From contig OZ218962.1 in NCBI GenBank assembly GCA_965112735.1, positions 1,302,001-1,366,000 of the forward strand: 64,000 nt of DNA, given 5' to 3'. Made by a program: the position numbers and the translations under genes. This stretch comes from Phaeosaccion multiseriatum (lineage: Eukaryota; Protista; Ochrophyta, other classes). The notes below the pieces were generated by a model that searched no databases, had not been told where the DNA came from, and was given only the letters and a program-made list of their open reading frames with translations. Below are positions 59,180-64,000 of the stretch, one piece after another; position 1 is the first letter of the stretch, and each line of letters starts with the position of its first letter.

Positions 59180-62100
59180 CGGAGGCTCCTCAGGAAAGGA
59201 GAGTGGCGTTTGGCAGATACAGCCCGGAGAGGAAAAGGAGATCATCGTGGTCACATTTAGGGGCACAAAGCCCCGCTTGTACAAGGGCTATGTCCACATC
59301 AAGACGAACAGAGAAGGCATGGTGCTGCCGGTTGAGTTCGTGGTGGACAGCGCGGGCGTTGTGGCCAACCCCGCCGCCATTGACTTTGGTATCCTGACCA
59401 CCCCGAGGGAGAAGCGGAGCGTGGAGGTGCTGCTGCACAACAGCAGCCCGGATCCCCTGCGCATCGTTGATGTGCATCCCGCCATCCCTGACGAGTGCTT
59501 GCAGCTCACCTTTGACAAAGGAAGGGTGTTGAGTCCCGGACAGGCTCTGAAGGACGGGTTTCGGGCGGAGTATGTGGGCAGCAAGGAGACCAAGGGCAGG
59601 AAGGCGGGCCAAATTGTGGTCATATCCAATCACACCAACCCTGCGCTGGCGGTTACAGAGGTGGCCTACTCGTCGAGGTAAGAGGAGGGAGGGAGAGGGT
59701 ATGGTCAGGACCAAAAATAGTCAAGAGAGAGACAGAGAGGGGGGGCAGTGGGGAGAAGGGGAGACGGAGGAATCCACTCTACCATGTGTGTTTGTGCTTA
59801 CCCTTCGTGGCCAATGAGAGACAGAGAGACGAGGACGGGGGTAGTGGGTGAAGGAGGAAATGTGCCTACCTGCATACCCTACCATGGTTGGTGACCAACG
59901 CCCTGTTCCCCTGCTTGTTTGGCACGACCCTTGCTTACGTTACCTCCACTCCAGGATCATGCACGGCGGCGTGGGCTATGTGCACTCAGAGATTTGCTTC
60001 GCGCTGCCCTTGGTGTCGCCTCCTCGTCGCCCTCTGGAGCAGATGAGCGCATTCCCTCCTTCAGGATACAACTACACTGCAGCAGCCGGGGGGAAGTGTG
60101 GAGGAACCAACTTCTGTGGGGAGGTGGGCGCTGAGGGGCAAGTCGAAGAGGCGGCGTCGGCGGTGGTTGCTTCGTATGCGCCAGCCACAATCAGGGCAAG
60201 GGAGGTGGGAGACACTGTCCGTGAGCTGAACCTCATCAACTTCTTCAAGGAGCCCCTGCACCTGCTGGGGGTGTCCATTCCCGATTGTGCAGACATACTT
60301 GCCGTTGAGAGCACCCCAGACGCGTCATCCGCAGCAGCGGTGGCCACGCCCAACGCCAACTGGGGCAACATCCGCGTCAGGTTGGGAGGGGAGGCCGTAC
60401 TGGAGCGGCTGTCACACTTCTTTGCTGGGAATACAACTGCTCCTGCTCCTCCTACTCCTACTGCCACCCCTAGAAGCGGCGAGAAGGAGGACCAGCAGCG
60501 TGTGCACCCCATGCCCTTCCAGTGCACGCTGGAGCTGCAGACCAACGTGTCTACTCACCGTATCTCTTTGCACATGTTCGATCAGCGCCTCCACGCCAAC
60601 GTCATGCCCTTCAACGATGGCGAGCGGCCAAGCAAGTGTCAGCTACGAGAGGTGAGCGATGTGATTGACCAAGTGGGGCCGACCAAGTGGGGCCGGCGAG
60701 GCTTGCTCTGTTGCCAATCTCGTCTGCGTCTGGGCCAGGTTGTTTGATTTTCTTGTCGGGTTGCTCGTGTGTTTGACCAAGTCGACTTGGTGTGTGTGAT
60801 AGACAGCTCTAACGCCCGTCTACCTCTCCTCTGTGACCTTTTCGCGTACTCGTTCTATGTGTGTGTGTGTGTGTGTGTGTGCTTTTCTGTAGGCTGGAAC
60901 GACGACAGGGCCGTTGACAAAGGCCGAGGCGGGGGAGGGCACCAAGGGGTGGCAGGACGGCAACGAGCAGGAGCAGTACTCGTCCACGGACGACGACTCC
61001 ATACCACCCGGCATGATGAGGACCCCACTGGGAGGCTGGACGGAGGATGGCTTTATGAGCGTCGACATGGGCCTCACCTTCCCAGGCGCCACCCTCAGAC
61101 GACGATTCACCTTGACGAATGCCAATCCTGTAGCTGTTAATTTGACTGGCTCCTCTCTGGGTTTCCACTTTGCGACACTGCGCCTCGTGTCGCAGGATTC
61201 GTCCCCTTACGCCCCGGCCAACTTGCAACGAGCGGCAGCCAGGATCACTTCAGATAGCGGTGAGGAGACCGAGTGTATGGAAGGCAGTATTGGTGACGGA
61301 GGAGAGTTTGTGCATACGACCATCAGCGGTTTCAGCGGTAACGTGGAGTGTTCGGGGGGGGCTGCGGGCTCACACAGAGAAGACGACGAAAGACAAGTGT
61401 TTGATTGGGAGGAGGAGTGGGATGCCGAGGGTTGGGTTTTGGACCCCAAGAAGGGCAAACAGTCGTCGCTACCAAGGTCTGGCAGTTGTAAGGAGCAAGA
61501 GGAGGCACGATGCTGTAGGGAGCAGGAGGAGGCAAAATGCCGCAGGGAGCAAGAGGAGGCAAAATGCCGCAGGGAGCAGGAAGCGTGCCGGAAGGAACAG
61601 GAGGAGGCAAGAAGAGGGTGCAGTATAGAGACGGAGGAGCGCAAAGGCGGCAAACTGAAGAAAGAGGAGGCGGTGGCGGCGAGCTGCGGAGCGAATAAGA
61701 AGGCAGCAGACAGCAAGCAGCACAAGAAAGATAAGGATAAGAGCAAGCACGAGGCGGAGGTGGGGACCAAAACCAGCTGCAGCGTGGAGACTACGGGGCC
61801 AGGGCAGGGGCAGGGGACGGGGCAGCAGCTCAAGCTCCATCGGGAGACGGTGAGCGGCAACTCTGTCTATAAGGAGGAGGTGACGCACCCCAGGGAGTCG
61901 AGGAGACGACACGCCAACAGCGGTGGGGTCACCAGTCATTACGACAAGAACGGTGCGCCGGTATGGCAGGTGCTGCCCGGGCAAGTGGCCAAGTTCGAAG
62001 TCACTACTCTCGTGCCTCCCAGCAAGGCTACTCCTGCGGGGAAGAGTAAGAAGATGGAAAGTCTTGGCACCGAGCAGGTTCAAATCAGGGGCTTGGAGTT

Positions 62101-64000
62101 GACAACACCCACCCAGCGTATTCCACTCCAGCTGAACTACACTGTGGTCACTGGGGAGATTCGGTTTAAGGACGACAAGGTGTTTCTGGGCAAGCTCGCG
62201 CCGGGGGCGAAGCTCAGTCACCCCATTAGTGTCGTCTCCTCCATAAGCCGCGGGTACAACGTGTCATGTGTCAACACTAGCAAGGACGGATTTGCAGTGA
62301 CGATAGACTCGTTTGTGGTGCCCGGAGCAGTCGTCTCGAGTGAGTTGGGACATGCAGCAGCAGCAGCAGCAGCAGTAGGAGGAGGAGGGGGAGTAGGAGG
62401 AGAGGTTGTGTCACAGTCGGTAGAAGAGCACGCAGCAGCAGCAGTCGCAGCAGCTCAGGTGGAGGCAAGGTTGGGGCAGGTGGAGCTCAGCTACAGCAGC
62501 ATTTGCAAGAAGCTGGACTTGTGGGCGTGTGTGCTTATGTTTGCCACCTCCCGCAAAGAAGAGCTTGTGCACGTCATGTCCAGGAAAGAGCTCAAGGTGG
62601 CAAGTGGGGCCGCGAGCTGCATTCACCAGGACAGAACCGTGCACCTCACCACCAGAGGGGGCAAGCCAGGCAGCCAGCGACACCAGCTGCAGATGTGGAT
62701 GGGCGTCCTGAAACTTGGCAAGAGTGTGCCCGAGATTCCGCGCGGGGTGTCGCTGACCTCCTTCCTCTTGACACCGACCATTGCCACCGCTGCACGGATT
62801 CTTCACCAGCGCTGGAGGGAGACTGCCTTCATGCAGTGGAACCTCGTAGACACCTCTGTCTCTCTAAGCACCTCCGTGGTAGGCATGGCGCCTCCTGCCT
62901 CCATGCGGGTGGCCGCGTCCATCCACGTGCCCATCTTTTTCGGTGGAGCTGTGGGAGGACTCTCCTTTCCGGTGACACAGGTGAGTGTCAATGGGTGGGG
63001 GTGGGTGGAAAGGGCGCTCATGGTGGGTGGGCGTGAGTGGGTTGGTAGCCGGCTTTTGTGGGCAAGGGAAAGAGGAGCATCGTGGTCTTTCCTCATTCAC
63101 TGACTCTCTCTCTCTCTCTCTCTACGTGTGTCCTACTTGTCCCTCCTCTGTAGGTGGGAATGCGCCAAACTGCCTGGGTGAGGGTCCACAACCCTACATC
63201 GGTACCTGTGACATTGCGACTGGTCACAGAGGGGGCAAAGGCAAAGTTTGGGCAGGGATGGAAGGGGCCTTCTGACGCGGCGCAGTCCACCATTGCTTGG
63301 GCGGCGTATGGGCGCGGTGATGAGAAGGGGCCAGAGCCGGTTAGATATGGGCCGACTGTATTGCATAGCGACGGCAAGGGAGTGGGTCGGGCAGGCGGCG
63401 TCCAGCGAGGCAGCAGCAGCAGCAGCAGCAGCAGGAGCAGCAGCAGCAGCAAAGGGATGTCTAGAGAGGAGGAGCAAGAACCTTTCTCTCTTGCGGCCGC
63501 TGTGAAAGTTGATGCCCTACTTCTCCCGGGGGAGGAGGCGGAGCTCGGGCCCATCTACTTTGAGCCCACAAGTCCAGACTGGGCCTACACAGGCTACGTC
63601 TATATCGTCAACAGCATGACCAGAATAGAGCCCGTGATGCTGCACGGGGCGAGCGGGATGGGAAAGCTCGCCCTCCGTATGGTGCCGGACAAGAAGGAGG
63701 GACGACGAAAGCAAGCACGTGGCGCGAGTGCGAGCGACGGTGTGAGCGTGGGCGGTATAGGGCATGGCGGCAGTGAGGCCCAGGAGGAGGATGGGAAGAA
63801 GAAAAAGAAAAAGAAGAGGAAGAAAAAGAAGAGGAAGACGAAGAAGAAGACGAAAAAGCAGGAGAAGGGTCAGGCCTTCTACGAGGCGAGGGTGCAAGCC
63901 ATCCGAGACGAGAGGAGAAAGAGCGTCAGCTCTACTTTTTCGGATCGAGGGGTGGCATCCTTTGTTGTGAATGGCAGGGACATCTCATTAGGGTCGGACT
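57984..64000 (+). CDS. TMEM131: TMEM131-like protein (3'-partial), multi-exon
   Basis: N-terminal hydrophobic segment; LAPGESTKLQLIYLPRELG..LVLSTSLGNIVYPIQATAVQNPYRL, LYNPHDTVLSISEIFST, WQIQPGEEKEI, IDFGILT, and later YFEPT..YIVNSMTRIEPVMLHG..G.GKL. Confidence 0.82.
61488..61615 (+). repeat. 24-nt coding tandem repeat (EQEEAKCRR-like) in the TMEM131-like gene
   Basis: About 5 imperfect copies. Confidence 0.8.

Overview
GC-rich, intron-rich eukaryotic nuclear DNA in the standard code, most consistent with a flagellated stramenopile/ochrophyte alga (inference only). There are three zones. (1) 1-12.5 kb: one large spliced + strand gene, 5'-truncated, with two giant pyrimidine-only introns. It encodes a class II (CCA/poly(A) polymerase-type) nucleotidyltransferase head fused to a GIY-YIG-like nuclease, followed by repeated small modules and two Cys/His zinc-finger-like repeats. 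This is the best candidate for an undescribed system. (2) ~13-48 kb: an accessory/decay zone. It holds an apparently intact Rab escort protein gene and an intact intronless FNIP/LRR gene with hypervariable repeat positions plus its decayed duplicate. It also holds disrupted genes (ankyrin, CRAL-TRIO, OSCA/TMEM63-like with WW domains, pyridine nucleotide-disulfide oxidoreductase), nested MITE-like inverted repeats, an intron-containing tRNA-Arg(TCT) with a mismatched acceptor stem, and introns bounded by inverted repeats (Introner-like). (3) 49-64 kb: intact housekeeping genes eIF2-beta, a SNF1/AMPK-family kinase, DAW1/WDR69 and a TMEM131-like gene that runs off the window end. All family calls come from motif recognition by eye; no database search was run. 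Exon boundaries are inferred from GT-AG signals and frame continuity.
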